64,000 nucleotides of DNA from a virus. Of the stretch, positions 9,108-18,931 are shown piece by piece (the stretch's first letter is position 1; each line of letters begins with the position of its first letter). The notes below the pieces were generated by a model that ran no database searches, was not told the origin of the DNA, and saw nothing but the letters and a program-made list of their open reading frames with translations. The translations under genes and the position numbers were made by a program. The stretch lies in IMG/VR virus record IMGVR_UViG_3300031414_000008, positions 32,001 to 96,000 of that record; one strand, given 5' to 3'.

Positions 9108-10691
9108 ATGCTTAAGGATTTCTTCCCGTTCCCGACCATCAGAGAAACACAAGACCGAGTCCTGACGGCGATGGATCCTATCATCGCTCGTCATCGGCAC
9201 GTGATCGTGGAGATGCCCGTAGGCTCGGGGAAATCAGGTACAGGATTGGCGTTCGCCCGTCACGGCGGTTCGTCCTTTCTGCTGACTCCCCGGAAAGCTT
9301 TACAGGATCAATACTTTGATGACTTCTCGGAACACGTAGTAACACTCAAAGGCCGCTCGGCCTACCCCTGCGTCGACCCCAGTCGCTGGCATAACGCATT
9401 ACCAGTGCGTCAAATCCATGATGAAGTCCTCGAAGGTAACATATCACCCCGTTTCCTGACCGGAGCGCTGTGTTCTAACGGCCGTTGCACCAACTCAACG
9501 GAAGAAGATGGACGCCGCAACTATCGGGAAATGTGTGAACGCCTCGCTGGCATTCCGTGTCCGTACCAAACGGCGGTGGAAACTGCTCTCGAGGCGGATC
9601 ATGTGGTGTGTAACTTGCACTCCTTCATCTTCCAGACGACGTACGCCGGACGTTTCGAACCGCGTGCCCGTATGGTTGTCGATGAATGTCACGACATGGC
9701 AGGTATCATCCGTGATACGCTCGCCAAGACCGTGTTCTTCAAAGGCATCCAACTGGAAGAGTTACCTGAGATGCGTCGATGGGATATACCAGCGTGGCAG
9801 CGTTACTTCCGCCACCCTGCGAACCAACCCGTTGGCCGGTTTACCCGTGAGTTCAGAGACTATCTGAATGATCTGGAAGACCTAATCGAAGGTTTACCGG
9901 AGGCAATTTACGGAGCGTTTGCAGTCGATATCGAGAACAAAGACACTGGGACTTCCTTCAAGTTCCGTCAACTCGATATCTCCCGACAGGCACGGTCTAT
10001 GATCTTTGATCATGGTGACCGTGTGCTACTTATGTCGGGCACGATCTTCAGTAAGAATCTCTTTTGCTATGAAAATGGTCTGGACCCTGCGGAGACAGCC
10101 TTCCTTCGTGTCAATTCGACATTCCCTGTAGAGAACCGTTTGGTCATCCTCGACCAGCGGCCCGTGAACCTCAGTGCTGCAAACTGGGATAGCAACTTCG
10201 GACACCTGATTGATCGAATCCGGCGTGTCCTTAACCAGCACGACAGTGAAAAGGGGTTAATCCACGCACCGTCCTACGTGAAGGCAGCACAGATTGCCGA
10301 AGCGATTGGTGGGCGTGCGGTAACGCACTCCTCGGAAGATTTCTTGCCTACGCTTAATGGCTTCTTCCGCACCCGTGACAACTCGGTGTTCGTCTCTCCG
10401 ATTTGCCAGCAGGGCACTGACTTCAAGAACGACCGTGCACGTTTCCAGATCGTCACTACCGTCCCGTACTTAAACGTCGGCGACAACGTGGTAGCGAAGA
10501 TGATGGAGAGGAGTCCGGCATGGTACGACTTGAAAACCTTAGTGATATTCGCCCAGATGTTGGGGCGACCAGTTAGATCCGAAACGGACCACGGGGTGAC
10601 TTATCTGATGGATAATCGCTTCCCTGGATTCTTAAACCGTACACGCCAATGGATACCACATTGGTTAATGGACTCCTTTAGGGGATTTTGA
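9108..10691 (+). CDS. DinG/XPD-family helicase
   Basis: EMPVGSGKS, DECH, MSGT, QMLGRPVR; four Cys between motifs I and II (Fe-S candidate). Confidence 0.88.
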   Translation: MLKDFFPFPTIRETQDRVLTAMDPIIARHRHVIVEMPVGSGKSGTGLAFARHGGSSFLLTPRKALQDQYFDDFSEHVVTLKGRSAYPCVDPSRWHNALPVRQIHDEVLEGNISPRFLTGALCSNGRCTNSTEEDGRRNYREMCERLAGIPCPYQTAVETALEADHVVCNLHSFIFQTTYAGRFEPRARMVVDECHDMAGIIRDTLAKTVFFKGIQLEELPEMRRWDIPAWQRYFRHPANQPVGRFTREFRDYLNDLEDLIEGLPEAIYGAFAVDIENKDTGTSFKFRQLDISRQARSMIFDHGDRVLLMSGTIFSKNLFCYENGLDPAETAFLRVNSTFPVENRLVILDQRPVNLSAANWDSNFGHLIDRIRRVLNQHDSEKGLIHAPSYVKAAQIAEAIGGRAVTHSSEDFLPTLNGFFRTRDNSVFVSPICQQGTDFKNDRARFQIVTTVPYLNVGDNVVAKMMERSPAWYDLKTLVIFAQMLGRPVRSETDHGVTYLMDNRFPGFLNRTRQWIPHWLMDSFRGF

Positions 10692-10727
10692 TGAATATTT
10701 GGAATTGGGGTTATTTCCCGAACGGAG

Positions 10728-11006
10728 ATGAAGATGAAGATTCACGTGAGAGAGTGTCAGCTGGAAATCGTTCCGGAGAGCGGGGCCGAGAGAAAGGATA
10801 TCGAGAAGAAAGCGAACCTTGCTATGCGTAAGTTCGACGTTTCTTCCCGTGTAGCCCGCATCCTGGCAGCTGCTGCAATCTGTACTGAGCTTCGCGACGA
10901 CATCTCAGTGGACTTGAAGCACGTCCATTACCAGGATAGGTCGTTCTCGATATACCCCAAAGGGTTGGATGGCGCCTCGTACCCAGAAGTAACCGTCTGC
11001 CCGTAA
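10728..11006 (+). CDS. Hypothetical protein
   Basis: ORF; 3' end overlaps convergent sigma gene. Confidence 0.55.
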   Translation: MKMKIHVRECQLEIVPESGAERKDIEKKANLAMRKFDVSSRVARILAAAAICTELRDDISVDLKHVHYQDRSFSIYPKGLDGASYPEVTVCP

Positions 11007-11788
11007 CCGTCTTCCATCGTATCACGCAGTAATTCTAAGCTCTTACTCAGGGAGCGCTTAACGTACGCCTGATTGTACTTAGGATCGGCCAGTGACTTAA
11101 CGATCTCCGCCGGCTTCATTTCGACCCCGTCGATGATGCCGTAGGCGAGCTTAACGATTTGGTTGTCCGGGTAGGGCAATGCGTCAATAGCCGTAAGAAG
11201 GCTATTATTTTCCAGTTCGTCCACCAACTGATCAATCGGGTGGACAATCGGCATGTCGGTATCCTTCATGTTGTCCAGATAGAAGGTGATGTACTGGGTC
11301 TTACTCAGTTCCCGCAGATCCTTGACGGACGCATTGGGGAACTCTTCACGGAGTTCAGCCAGCGTTGGCACCGAGTCTCGCTCCTCTACGAAGCGTTTGA
11401 TCTTGGTCGCTAATTGTTGTTTCTGAGCCGGCAGCGCCACTAAACGCCAGCGGGACATCTCTTTGAGTTGACGCTGCATTACCCACCATCCGGCGTATGT
11501 CAGTAAGCGTACGCCCGACTGGGGATCGAATTTGTCCAGACCAGCTAGAAGACCCTCGTTGCCAGCAGCGATCAGGTCTTCGAACTGTTCGACGTTGCCG
11601 CGGGAGTATTTCTTGGCACGCTTGAACACATACCGCAGGTTTGAGCAGATGAGAATATCACGAGCCCGTGCTTTAGCCGCCTTCGTTGATGTAGCAGAGA
11701 AGTAGACCTGCAGGTGTGCGTCTTCCTGTTCCTTCGTCAGAATCGGATAGCGCTCGCAGATTTCCTCGTAGTATTTTGTCAATCCCAT
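10928..11788 (-). CDS. Sigma70-family sigma factor
   Basis: GGAGA SD; ILTKEQE (1.2), LICSNLRYVFKRAKKY..EDLIAAGNEGLLAGLDKFDPQSGVRLLTYAGWW (2.1-2.4), LPYPDNQIVKLAYG..AEI (4). Confidence 0.92.
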   Translation of the reverse strand: MGLTKYYEEICERYPILTKEQEDAHLQVYFSATSTKAAKARARDILICSNLRYVFKRAKKYSRGNVEQFEDLIAAGNEGLLAGLDKFDPQSGVRLLTYAGWWVMQRQLKEMSRWRLVALPAQKQQLATKIKRFVEERDSVPTLAELREEFPNASVKDLRELSKTQYITFYLDNMKDTDMPIVHPIDQLVDELENNSLLTAIDALPYPDNQIVKLAYGIIDGVEMKPAEIVKSLADPKYNQAYVKRSLSKSLELLRDTMEDGYGQTVTSGYEAPSNPLGYIENDLSW

Positions 11789-11852
11789 TGTGTTCTCCTG
11801 GTTAGTCGAGGTATAGTACCGTCCGTAGCCCGATAAGTCAATTGAGGACACC

Positions 11853-12044
11853 ATGATCAAGATCGACGTACTGAAGAAATCCAACGGACTGGTCACCCTC
11901 GTGATCCAGACCAACAACCCCACTCAGGACAAAGACAAACTGGACCTGATCGGGGCTGCCATCATGTCTACCGGCCAGAAACGCGGTGGGTTCAAATCCG
12001 AATCTCAGCTCGAAGTATCCGTGCTGGATTCCACAATCGCCTAA
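11853..12044 (+). CDS. Hypothetical protein
   Basis: GAGGA SD, 63 aa. Confidence 0.65.
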   Translation: MIKIDVLKKSNGLVTLVIQTNNPTQDKDKLDLIGAAIMSTGQKRGGFKSESQLEVSVLDSTIA

Positions 12045-12058
12045 CGGAGGGTATAACT

Positions 12059-12220
12059 ATGATGGAGAAATCATCCCACATTTATTTATCCCCAAAGGAC
12101 CTTGCTGAGTACAAAGAAGGTCGAGTGTCTCAACGAATTCAGGACACTTGGGGCTTGACTTACGGTGAGCTTTCAGCGATAATTGAAGCTCACGAATACA
12201 CTTCTACAGAGGAAATCTAA
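12059..12220 (+). CDS. 53-aa hypothetical protein (not in ORF track)
   Basis: GGAGG SD; abuts SSB ATG; GGTATAAC at 12050. Confidence 0.55.
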   Translation: MMEKSSHIYLSPKDLAEYKEGRVSQRIQDTWGLTYGELSAIIEAHEYTSTEEI

Positions 12221-12907
12221 ATGTCAGCACTCGAACAACTCGCAGCTCTTGAACAACGCGTTATTATCGGCCCAGCACGTGGCGAATGGTTCCACCTGGC
12301 AGAGCCAGACACCAAATTCAAAGCAGAAGGTGAGTACAAAGTTACTCTGCGTCCAACCGCTGAGTACATGGCTCCGTTCTTCGACCAGATGAAACGTATT
12401 GCCGAGGCTGCCCTGCCTCTGTATCAGGAAATCGAAGACGAAGAAGCTAAGAAGAAAGGTAAGAAAGCCAAGCAGGTTAAGCTTTCTGACACCCAGCCGT
12501 GGCTGGACTGCGAAATGGAAGACGGTACTGTTACCGTTAAGCTGAAGACCGCAGCGACCTTCCTGAGCAAGAAAACCGGTGCCGTTGAAGAGAAAAACGT
12601 CCCAGTCGTTGACTCCTTCGGTAAGTACCTGGCCAAAGAGCAGATCGTTGCCCTGAAGATCGGTAACGGTACTGAACTGCGTGCGGTAGTGACCATCCGT
12701 CCTTACCACATGGTGACCAGCGGTGTTGGCATCAGCCTGCGTCTGGAGAAAGTCCAGATCGTTAAGCTGGTACAGTACGGCGGTAACGGCATGGACAACG
12801 AGTTCGGTGAGTTTGCAGGCGGCGAGTTCGCTGCTCCTGAAGCTCCAACCGAACAGCGTGACGGTGAGTTCACCGGTCAGTCCGAAGAAACAAACTACAC
12901 CGTATAA
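12221..12907 (+). CDS. ssDNA-binding protein, T7 gp2.5-like
   Basis: HLAEPDTKF..GEYKVTL, GISLRLEKVQIVKLVQYGG, acidic C-terminal tail. Confidence 0.8.
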   Translation: MSALEQLAALEQRVIIGPARGEWFHLAEPDTKFKAEGEYKVTLRPTAEYMAPFFDQMKRIAEAALPLYQEIEDEEAKKKGKKAKQVKLSDTQPWLDCEMEDGTVTVKLKTAATFLSKKTGAVEEKNVPVVDSFGKYLAKEQIVALKIGNGTELRAVVTIRPYHMVTSGVGISLRLEKVQIVKLVQYGGNGMDNEFGEFAGGEFAAPEAPTEQRDGEFTGQSEETNYTV

Positions 12908-12918
12908 GGTGTAGCACG

Positions 12919-12944
12919 AGGGCCCTTCGGGGCCCTTTTCTTTT
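12919..12944 (+). terminator. Intrinsic terminator
   Basis: agggccc-ttcg-gggccct-tttctttt. Confidence 0.85.
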
Positions 12945-12985
12945 AGGCCTGGAAAGGCTACAATGAGGCCTACCCAGGAGAAACC

Positions 12986-13882
12986 ATGACCCAGCAAGAA
13001 GAACTCGAAGCAGCACTCGAACGCGTACCGCTAGTGACCGATCTGTCGACGACAGGTTTCGGCGCTTGGTCAGTCTCGAAGTTGAAGACGCTCGAGAAGT
13101 GCCCGCTCCAATTTTTCCTTCAGTACTGCGTTAAGCTCGGGATCGTCGGGGATGAGAATCCAGACGACGTCCTGAACCGTAACGCCGGTACCGCTCTGCA
13201 CCGAATCCTTGAGCTGATGTTCGAAGGGCACACCTTCGCCGAAGCCGAAGAGATCGGGCGTGCAGAGAACATCGACGCGGTGACCCCTGAGCGTTGGGCC
13301 TTCGTGGAGAAACACTATGACAACGTCAAGGCCTTCCGCCGTCGTATGGGCGTATTTGAAGAGAACCATCCGATCGATTACATCGAGCCGGAGCTTAAGC
13401 TCGCCATCACGCGTGACTACAAGCCCACCGGATTCTTCGCTGACGATGCGTACTTCCGAGGTGTTATTGACCTTCCGATCCAACTTCTCAATGGTGACGC
13501 CGTGGTTATTGACCACAAGCGTGGGGGATCTCCGGCCTACGGCCTGAAGTATCACCAGGCTCAACTCTCAACATATCACCTTCTGTATCACTTCGGACAC
13601 AAACAGGTTCGAGGCATGCAGTCAGGTATTCACTTCATGGAAGCCGGTGCGGTCGTCATGGGGAAATACACCAAGGGTGAGCACATTGAGCGGTTAATGC
13701 CAGCATGGCTTGACGAGAAGATCGAAACTGCGGTGAAAACCGTGACGGACGCTGAAGCGTTCTTCCCAGTGAAGGGCACGGCGTGCACGTACTGTAACTT
13801 CAAACCTCTTTGCCGAGCCGGCAAACGGAACACGTGTGGTGACCTGGAGCCAATCCGCCAGGCAGCCATTAAGCTGTTCTAA
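12986..13882 (+). CDS. Cas4/RecB-like PD-(D/E)xK exonuclease
   Basis: SVSKLKTLEKCP, GTALH, RGVID, VIDHK, QLSTY, CTYCNFKPLC. Confidence 0.88.
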   Translation: MTQQEELEAALERVPLVTDLSTTGFGAWSVSKLKTLEKCPLQFFLQYCVKLGIVGDENPDDVLNRNAGTALHRILELMFEGHTFAEAEEIGRAENIDAVTPERWAFVEKHYDNVKAFRRRMGVFEENHPIDYIEPELKLAITRDYKPTGFFADDAYFRGVIDLPIQLLNGDAVVIDHKRGGSPAYGLKYHQAQLSTYHLLYHFGHKQVRGMQSGIHFMEAGAVVMGKYTKGEHIERLMPAWLDEKIETAVKTVTDAEAFFPVKGTACTYCNFKPLCRAGKRNTCGDLEPIRQAAIKLF

Positions 13883-13915
13883 AAGAAAAACCCCGGTCTC
13901 CCGGGGTTCTTTTTT
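13881..13915. terminator. Bidirectional terminator between convergent genes
   Basis: aaaagaaaaaccccgg-tctc-ccggggttctttttt. Confidence 0.85.
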
Positions 13916-14090
13916 AGCTGGAAGGCGCCTCAAAGGCCGTCTTCGAATTGTACTTCCATCCGATCCACGCTCCGGAATCGCCCAGAGGTTGGAGGGTTTG
14001 GCCCTCCGGTAGATGGAGCTCTGCAGCCCCATCGTAAAGGATCACGTTAATGACCGTACCGTTCTCGATTACTGCATAGTTCTCAACCAT
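13914..14090 (-). CDS. Small tail-fibre-associated protein
   Basis: YAVIENGTVINVILYDG..IGWKY..F.AP; TAATG-coupled to the giant fibre gene. Confidence 0.7.
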   Translation of the reverse strand: MVENYAVIENGTVINVILYDGAAELHLPEGQTLQPLGDSGAWIGWKYNSKTAFEAPSS

Positions 14091-17000
14091 TATGCGTACT
14101 CCCAAATGATGATCACACCTGCACTACCGTTACCTCCTGAGAAGGTCGTGGTGTTACCGTTCTGACCCATCGCCCCGCCACCGCCGGCACCGTACGAGTT
14201 GGTTGAGGCGTTAGTACCACCTCCGGAGTTCGTCGTAGTACCCTTACCGCCTGCACCGAACGGAGACCATGCCCCCATTCCGCCACGAGCGTAAGCCCCG
14301 TACAGAACCCCGTTATTACCGTGTTCGCCATCCAAGCGGGTGAGCATCGTCATGGTTGTCGGAGGTGAAGCGCCCGGTACGACCAGACCACCGTTGATAC
14401 CCGGAGGGGTTTCTGAATAGGCCGTCGTTGTGTTTCCAATGGTAACACTCTGCCCTGCACTACCACCCTGAGCAGTTACGTAACCTGTGATTGCACTGGC
14501 CCCACCTGCACTACCACCAGAGCCTGCCGCTCCGACCACGCAAGTAAGACCTAGCGTTCCCGGTACGTCAATCATGACACGGGCATATGCACCGGCTCCA
14601 CCACCCTGACCTGCCGATACCCCTGAAGCGGAACCGGAAGCAATACCACCTGCACCACCGCCACCGACGACTTCAGCGATGACCTTTTTGGTTAGAGCTA
14701 AGGTAGTTAACGTCGTAGATGCTGTCAGCACTGTCACTCTCAGCAGACCTGATGCCGCCGCTGCCGGAGGTGGGAAGTGCTCTGAGTACAGCTTGTAGTC
14801 AGTTCCGCCAATCTCGACGTACGGATCTTCTGAAGAGTACAGGAACAGACGAGCTGAACCAGAACCCACTTCCATGGCACCGGTTGGCGTCATGTTCAGG
14901 ATATCCTTCCAGCCACCGCCCGGGGTCACTTCCCCACGGATTGCCACGTTGTTCGCCATGACGATAGGGGAATCAACCAGACCCGTTGAGTTCTTCTTGA
15001 TGTAATCCGCCAGATCTGCAGAAACGATCAGCTTGGTCCACGCACCGGTGTTACGACGGTAGTACAGACCACCTTCGGTCGGCATCGCGATCATCGAAGA
15101 GGTGTAGACCGGGTTGTCTGGATCGGTAGCATCAACCTTCGAGATAACGAACACGTCACCCGAGGTCGAGCCCGCCGGAGCATCTGTCACGGCCGTCGCA
15201 GCGCCCTGCTCATCGGTACCCGGTTGGTAACGGAAGAAGCCAGAGCCTACCGCACCTTCAGCCAGAGTTCCCGCATCCACGATCTGAGGGTTCTTCGCGA
15301 TACCGGAAATGTTGTCCACTTCCAGGAACGCAGTCAGCATCTGGTCGATCTCAGCCTTCGAGTAACCGCTGCCGCCAGTGGCGATAGTGATTTCCGTACC
15401 GGTCATTGGCGTGCCGTTGATCTTGAACGTACGCGGAACCAGCGAGGACACATCGATGTCACCCACGCCCAGCGTGATGTTGTTGCTCAGAGGCTTACCG
15501 TTCACGGTACGGGTTACTGGCACACGGTCAGCTACCGCTGCGTCGATCGCCGATTGGTCCAGGGCACCGACGTCCGCTGCCGTCAGAGCGATGTTGTTGT
15601 TCAACGCCTTGCCGTTCACGGTACGGGTTTGCGGAACGAGTCCGGCCACCGCGGTATCGATCGCTGACTGGTCCACTGCACCGACGTCCGCTGCGGAGAT
15701 CGTGATGTTTGAAGACAGTGCCTTACCGTTTACGGTACGGGTGTTCGGCACACGGGCATTCACGAGGTTATCGATCTGGCCAGACGTGTACGTTCCGAGG
15801 TCACCCGGAGACAGGATGATGTCCTTGTCCAGCAGGTATCCGTTGACACGCACAGGGTTGTAACCGCCGGCCACGATCGCAGCAATCTTCGCGTCAATCT
15901 CGGTACGAGAGTACGTGTTCAGATCTGCCGGGGTGAACGTTAAGTCCTTATCCAGCGGTTTGTTGTTGATCGTACGACCTTCCGGAACACGCGTCTCGAG
16001 AAGCTCAGCGGTATCATCAGCGGTATCTTTCGCTGTGTTCGCTGTCTGCTCGACGGCCGTCAGGTCTTCTTTCAGGGTCACGTCCGGGCGGATTACGCCA
16101 CCGGAACCGACTTGCGTTAAGTTGCTCAATGTTCTCTCCAAAATGTCCATTTCTTCGCCTGGGACACCGCGGCGATACATCAGGTAAACCCCGAGACCAC
16201 GCAGGATTTCCCCGGACCAGAAGCCAAAGAACATACTGTTGTTCTTCGTGTTGTTCTCGTTGCCAGTACGAATCGCTGGAGACCAGGAACCGTTCATGAC
16301 GCCGACGTCACCGATGTAGTAGTTGTCGTTCAGCTCTTTGACAGCCTTCTCGATGATCCAATCGAGCTTCGCGATCGGTGAACCACAGAGTGCGGCAAAG
16401 GACAGACCTGCTAACCACAGACCGGTCATGTGTCCGGTGAAGTCATCCGGAACCGGTGTCGGGAGCTCTTCGCTCGGGAAGTCAGTCGGGAACTGACCGT
16501 ACTGCTGTACGTAGCCAATCAGCCACGTTACCCAGTTCTCCACGTACAGAATGAGTTTAGTCGGAACGGTTTTCCCGATCAGGACCATCTCATGCCAAGC
16601 ACGGGCAGCGGACGCGAACGCACGCGGCTGGTAGCCGGCCCACGGGTGACCATCACCCCAGTGGTAGAACGTGAAGGTGTCAGCGGTACCGTACTTAATG
16701 TTGTCCCAACGGTTCCACACGTACGCTGCGGCGCCTGGGCCGAGCACACCGAACTTCTGGAAGTACGCTTGCTGCGAATCATACATGAAGTTAATCATGT
16801 TGTTAAGACGCTCGTCTTCCTTCTCGTGGACGTAGATGAACGGGTGCTGGTAGCCAGGGTACGGCAGACCACGCCATCCGTCGAACTCCACGATCCCTTC
16901 CGTTGCGTTGTTCGAGAACGGGATAACACCCGGGGTGTACGCTAACGGGTTGTAGTTCGGGTTGATCATGTCGCAATCGCCCAGACGCATGGTGAACTCA

Positions 17001-18931
17001 GCCTCACCCTTTACGGTGATGTTGAAAGTGTTCGTCCACGCGTGGTGACCGGCGAAGGTCGGCGGAATGTCGTTCACGCAGTACCAAGAGAAGTCTGCGG
17101 TCGCGTCACCCAGCATGTCCACGACTTCGATGTTCATCTGATCAACGGCAACCAGTTTCGGGTTCAGAGGGCGTTCACGGCCGTTCTCATCCGCTTGGTA
17201 GTCGTTCAGACGCAAGTCCTTCGGATCCAGTACCGCGTGGTCCCAGATACGTGAAGGGGGTAGCGTCCAGTGCCAACGCCAGTTATCGGCATCGGTAACC
17301 ACGATGATCCATTCGTGCTTGTCATCGGTACGGTAGACGATCTCGGAAGGGATCACCGCTTCGGCTTCAGTCAGCCAGAACCCGATGATTACGCCGTCGT
17401 CGTCGGACGTCACGGTCGACGTACACGTCTGAGCCGAGCGGGTGTCGTACACGTTGTCTTCGAACTGGAACTTATGTGTTACATTGCCCCAATCTGACAT
17501 CACGCGATTATCGGCGATAATGAAGTCGCCCTGCGGATTATTCGCCAGGGACATCGACGTCATCGGTATCGTATACGATGCGATAGAGCCGTCTGCCGGG
17601 GTGTCCGGGAGGTTGATCTTCCATCCGGTCGTTTCCGTACCGGTCTTCGAATCCGCCAGTTCCATCATGACGGTGACCGTCAGTGGCTTACCGTTGATGT
17701 CGACACCGCCCACGTTGATGTGGATTTCGGCCGCGTCATCGATCTCATAGGCAACAGACTGCTGTTCCATCGTGTGCTGTGCGGCACGGTCGATGTGAGC
17801 AACGATGTAACCCTGAGCGTCACGGGAGTACGTCACCACACGGGTTGACGGGTAGCCGTAGTCGTAAGAAATACCGTCGGTCCACGGCGTCTGGTCGTAC
17901 GTACTCTGACGGAAGAACTTGTCGTAGGCATCGATGTTCGAGTAATCGAGGCACATCTTCCAGGACGCACGCCAGGCGTTGTAGTAACGCTTCTCTTTGG
18001 TGATGTCCCACAGCTGATACGCTGCGTCACAGAACCACAGTTCGGCGTCGGCGGCGTTACCCAGGTTACCCAACTTCGTGACCGGTACGCGGAGCGGACG
18101 GTTGTGCCACGCTTCGTTACGCCCAATCAGGTACCCGCCGTGCTCTACCGGTTGGCAGTTCGCATAGCAAAGCTTGTGCACGCCGTTAACGGTCGTGTCT
18201 TTCAGCTGAACGGTACCCTTCGGCAGTGTTGCCACCGCTTCGAGGATGTTCCCGTCCCAGTCGACCTTACGGCCCAGGTAGTCAACCACCCAGTCCACGT
18301 CCCACTTGGTTCCCTTAGTGTTCCAATCAGTGGAACCGTCAGGCAGAACCGCACGGACGTCCGCAACGATCGTGTTCCATGCTAAAGCCCCGTCGAAGGC
18401 GAAGGTGGCTTTATCCAGGTATTCACCCCAGTTAGGGGCGCCGGTTGGAATCCGTGTACGACCGTTGGTCCACGTCATCGGTGAGCCCAGGAAGCCGGAG
18501 TGCGTCGGGGAATCGAAGTCGATTGGCCAGTTGGCCAGCATCGGCTCCTTACCGTTGATGATCCAGTTACACAGCCAACGGGAATTCTCAGGGTCGTCCG
18601 GGATCGGTTGGCCCTGATAGAAGTGTGTCACGTAGGCGTCGAACATGGCGATCGCACGGTCTAACCAGTACTGCTCCTTCGTCCCGCGGTACATATAGAG
18701 GTAGCCGAGGATCTGAAGGGACTGGCCTTCCGTGGTGGCGTCACCGTTAGGCTGACCTTCCATCTGGGAGATAGACTTCAGGTGACGGTTGTTCGCCAGG
18801 ACGTTCTGCGGGTTGAAGACGTAGTGGTCTTGCGACGCATCGTTGGTTTGACCGGTGTTCTTTAAAAGGAACCGCTCATGGCCAATCGCCAGGTTTACTA
18901 CGTCCTGTACAGTCGGTAGCAAATTAGGCAT
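14090..18931 (-). CDS. 1613-aa GH8-like glycanase fused to tail-fibre repeats and Gly-rich C-terminus
   Basis: DATTEGQSLQILGY and NAADAELWFCDAAYQLW resemble GH8 catalytic segments; repeated RTVNGKAL..NI.L.AADVGA; Gly-rich terminal domain. Confidence 0.75.
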   Translation of the reverse strand: MPNLLPTVQDVVNLAIGHERFLLKNTGQTNDASQDHYVFNPQNVLANNRHLKSISQMEGQPNGDATTEGQSLQILGYLYMYRGTKEQYWLDRAIAMFDAYVTHFYQGQPIPDDPENSRWLCNWIINGKEPMLANWPIDFDSPTHSGFLGSPMTWTNGRTRIPTGAPNWGEYLDKATFAFDGALAWNTIVADVRAVLPDGSTDWNTKGTKWDVDWVVDYLGRKVDWDGNILEAVATLPKGTVQLKDTTVNGVHKLCYANCQPVEHGGYLIGRNEAWHNRPLRVPVTKLGNLGNAADAELWFCDAAYQLWDITKEKRYYNAWRASWKMCLDYSNIDAYDKFFRQSTYDQTPWTDGISYDYGYPSTRVVTYSRDAQGYIVAHIDRAAQHTMEQQSVAYEIDDAAEIHINVGGVDINGKPLTVTVMMELADSKTGTETTGWKINLPDTPADGSIASYTIPMTSMSLANNPQGDFIIADNRVMSDWGNVTHKFQFEDNVYDTRSAQTCTSTVTSDDDGVIIGFWLTEAEAVIPSEIVYRTDDKHEWIIVVTDADNWRWHWTLPPSRIWDHAVLDPKDLRLNDYQADENGRERPLNPKLVAVDQMNIEVVDMLGDATADFSWYCVNDIPPTFAGHHAWTNTFNITVKGEAEFTMRLGDCDMINPNYNPLAYTPGVIPFSNNATEGIVEFDGWRGLPYPGYQHPFIYVHEKEDERLNNMINFMYDSQQAYFQKFGVLGPGAAAYVWNRWDNIKYGTADTFTFYHWGDGHPWAGYQPRAFASAARAWHEMVLIGKTVPTKLILYVENWVTWLIGYVQQYGQFPTDFPSEELPTPVPDDFTGHMTGLWLAGLSFAALCGSPIAKLDWIIEKAVKELNDNYYIGDVGVMNGSWSPAIRTGNENNTKNNSMFFGFWSGEILRGLGVYLMYRRGVPGEEMDILERTLSNLTQVGSGGVIRPDVTLKEDLTAVEQTANTAKDTADDTAELLETRVPEGRTINNKPLDKDLTFTPADLNTYSRTEIDAKIAAIVAGGYNPVRVNGYLLDKDIILSPGDLGTYTSGQIDNLVNARVPNTRTVNGKALSSNITISAADVGAVDQSAIDTAVAGLVPQTRTVNGKALNNNIALTAADVGALDQSAIDAAVADRVPVTRTVNGKPLSNNITLGVGDIDVSSLVPRTFKINGTPMTGTEITIATGGSGYSKAEIDQMLTAFLEVDNISGIAKNPQIVDAGTLAEGAVGSGFFRYQPGTDEQGAATAVTDAPAGSTSGDVFVISKVDATDPDNPVYTSSMIAMPTEGGLYYRRNTGAWTKLIVSADLADYIKKNSTGLVDSPIVMANNVAIRGEVTPGGGWKDILNMTPTGAMEVGSGSARLFLYSSEDPYVEIGGTDYKLYSEHFPPPAAAASGLLRVTVLTASTTLTTLALTKKVIAEVVGGGGAGGIASGSASGVSAGQGGGAGAYARVMIDVPGTLGLTCVVGAAGSGGSAGGASAITGYVTAQGGSAGQSVTIGNTTTAYSETPPGINGGLVVPGASPPTTMTMLTRLDGEHGNNGVLYGAYARGGMGAWSPFGAGGKGTTTNSGGGTNASTNSYGAGGGGAMGQNGNTTTFSGGNGSAGVIIIWEYA
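15380..16000 (-). repeat. Coding tandem repeats (about 38 aa; VP.TRTVNGK.L..NI.L...DVGA.DQSAID)
   Basis: About 6 degenerate copies; near-identical DNA at 15543 and 15658, about 114 bp apart. Confidence 0.85.

Noticed and set aside
12986-13882. CRISPR-Cas system suggested by the Cas4-like gene
   Set aside because: No repeat-spacer array or other cas genes; solo Cas4-like nucleases are common in phages.
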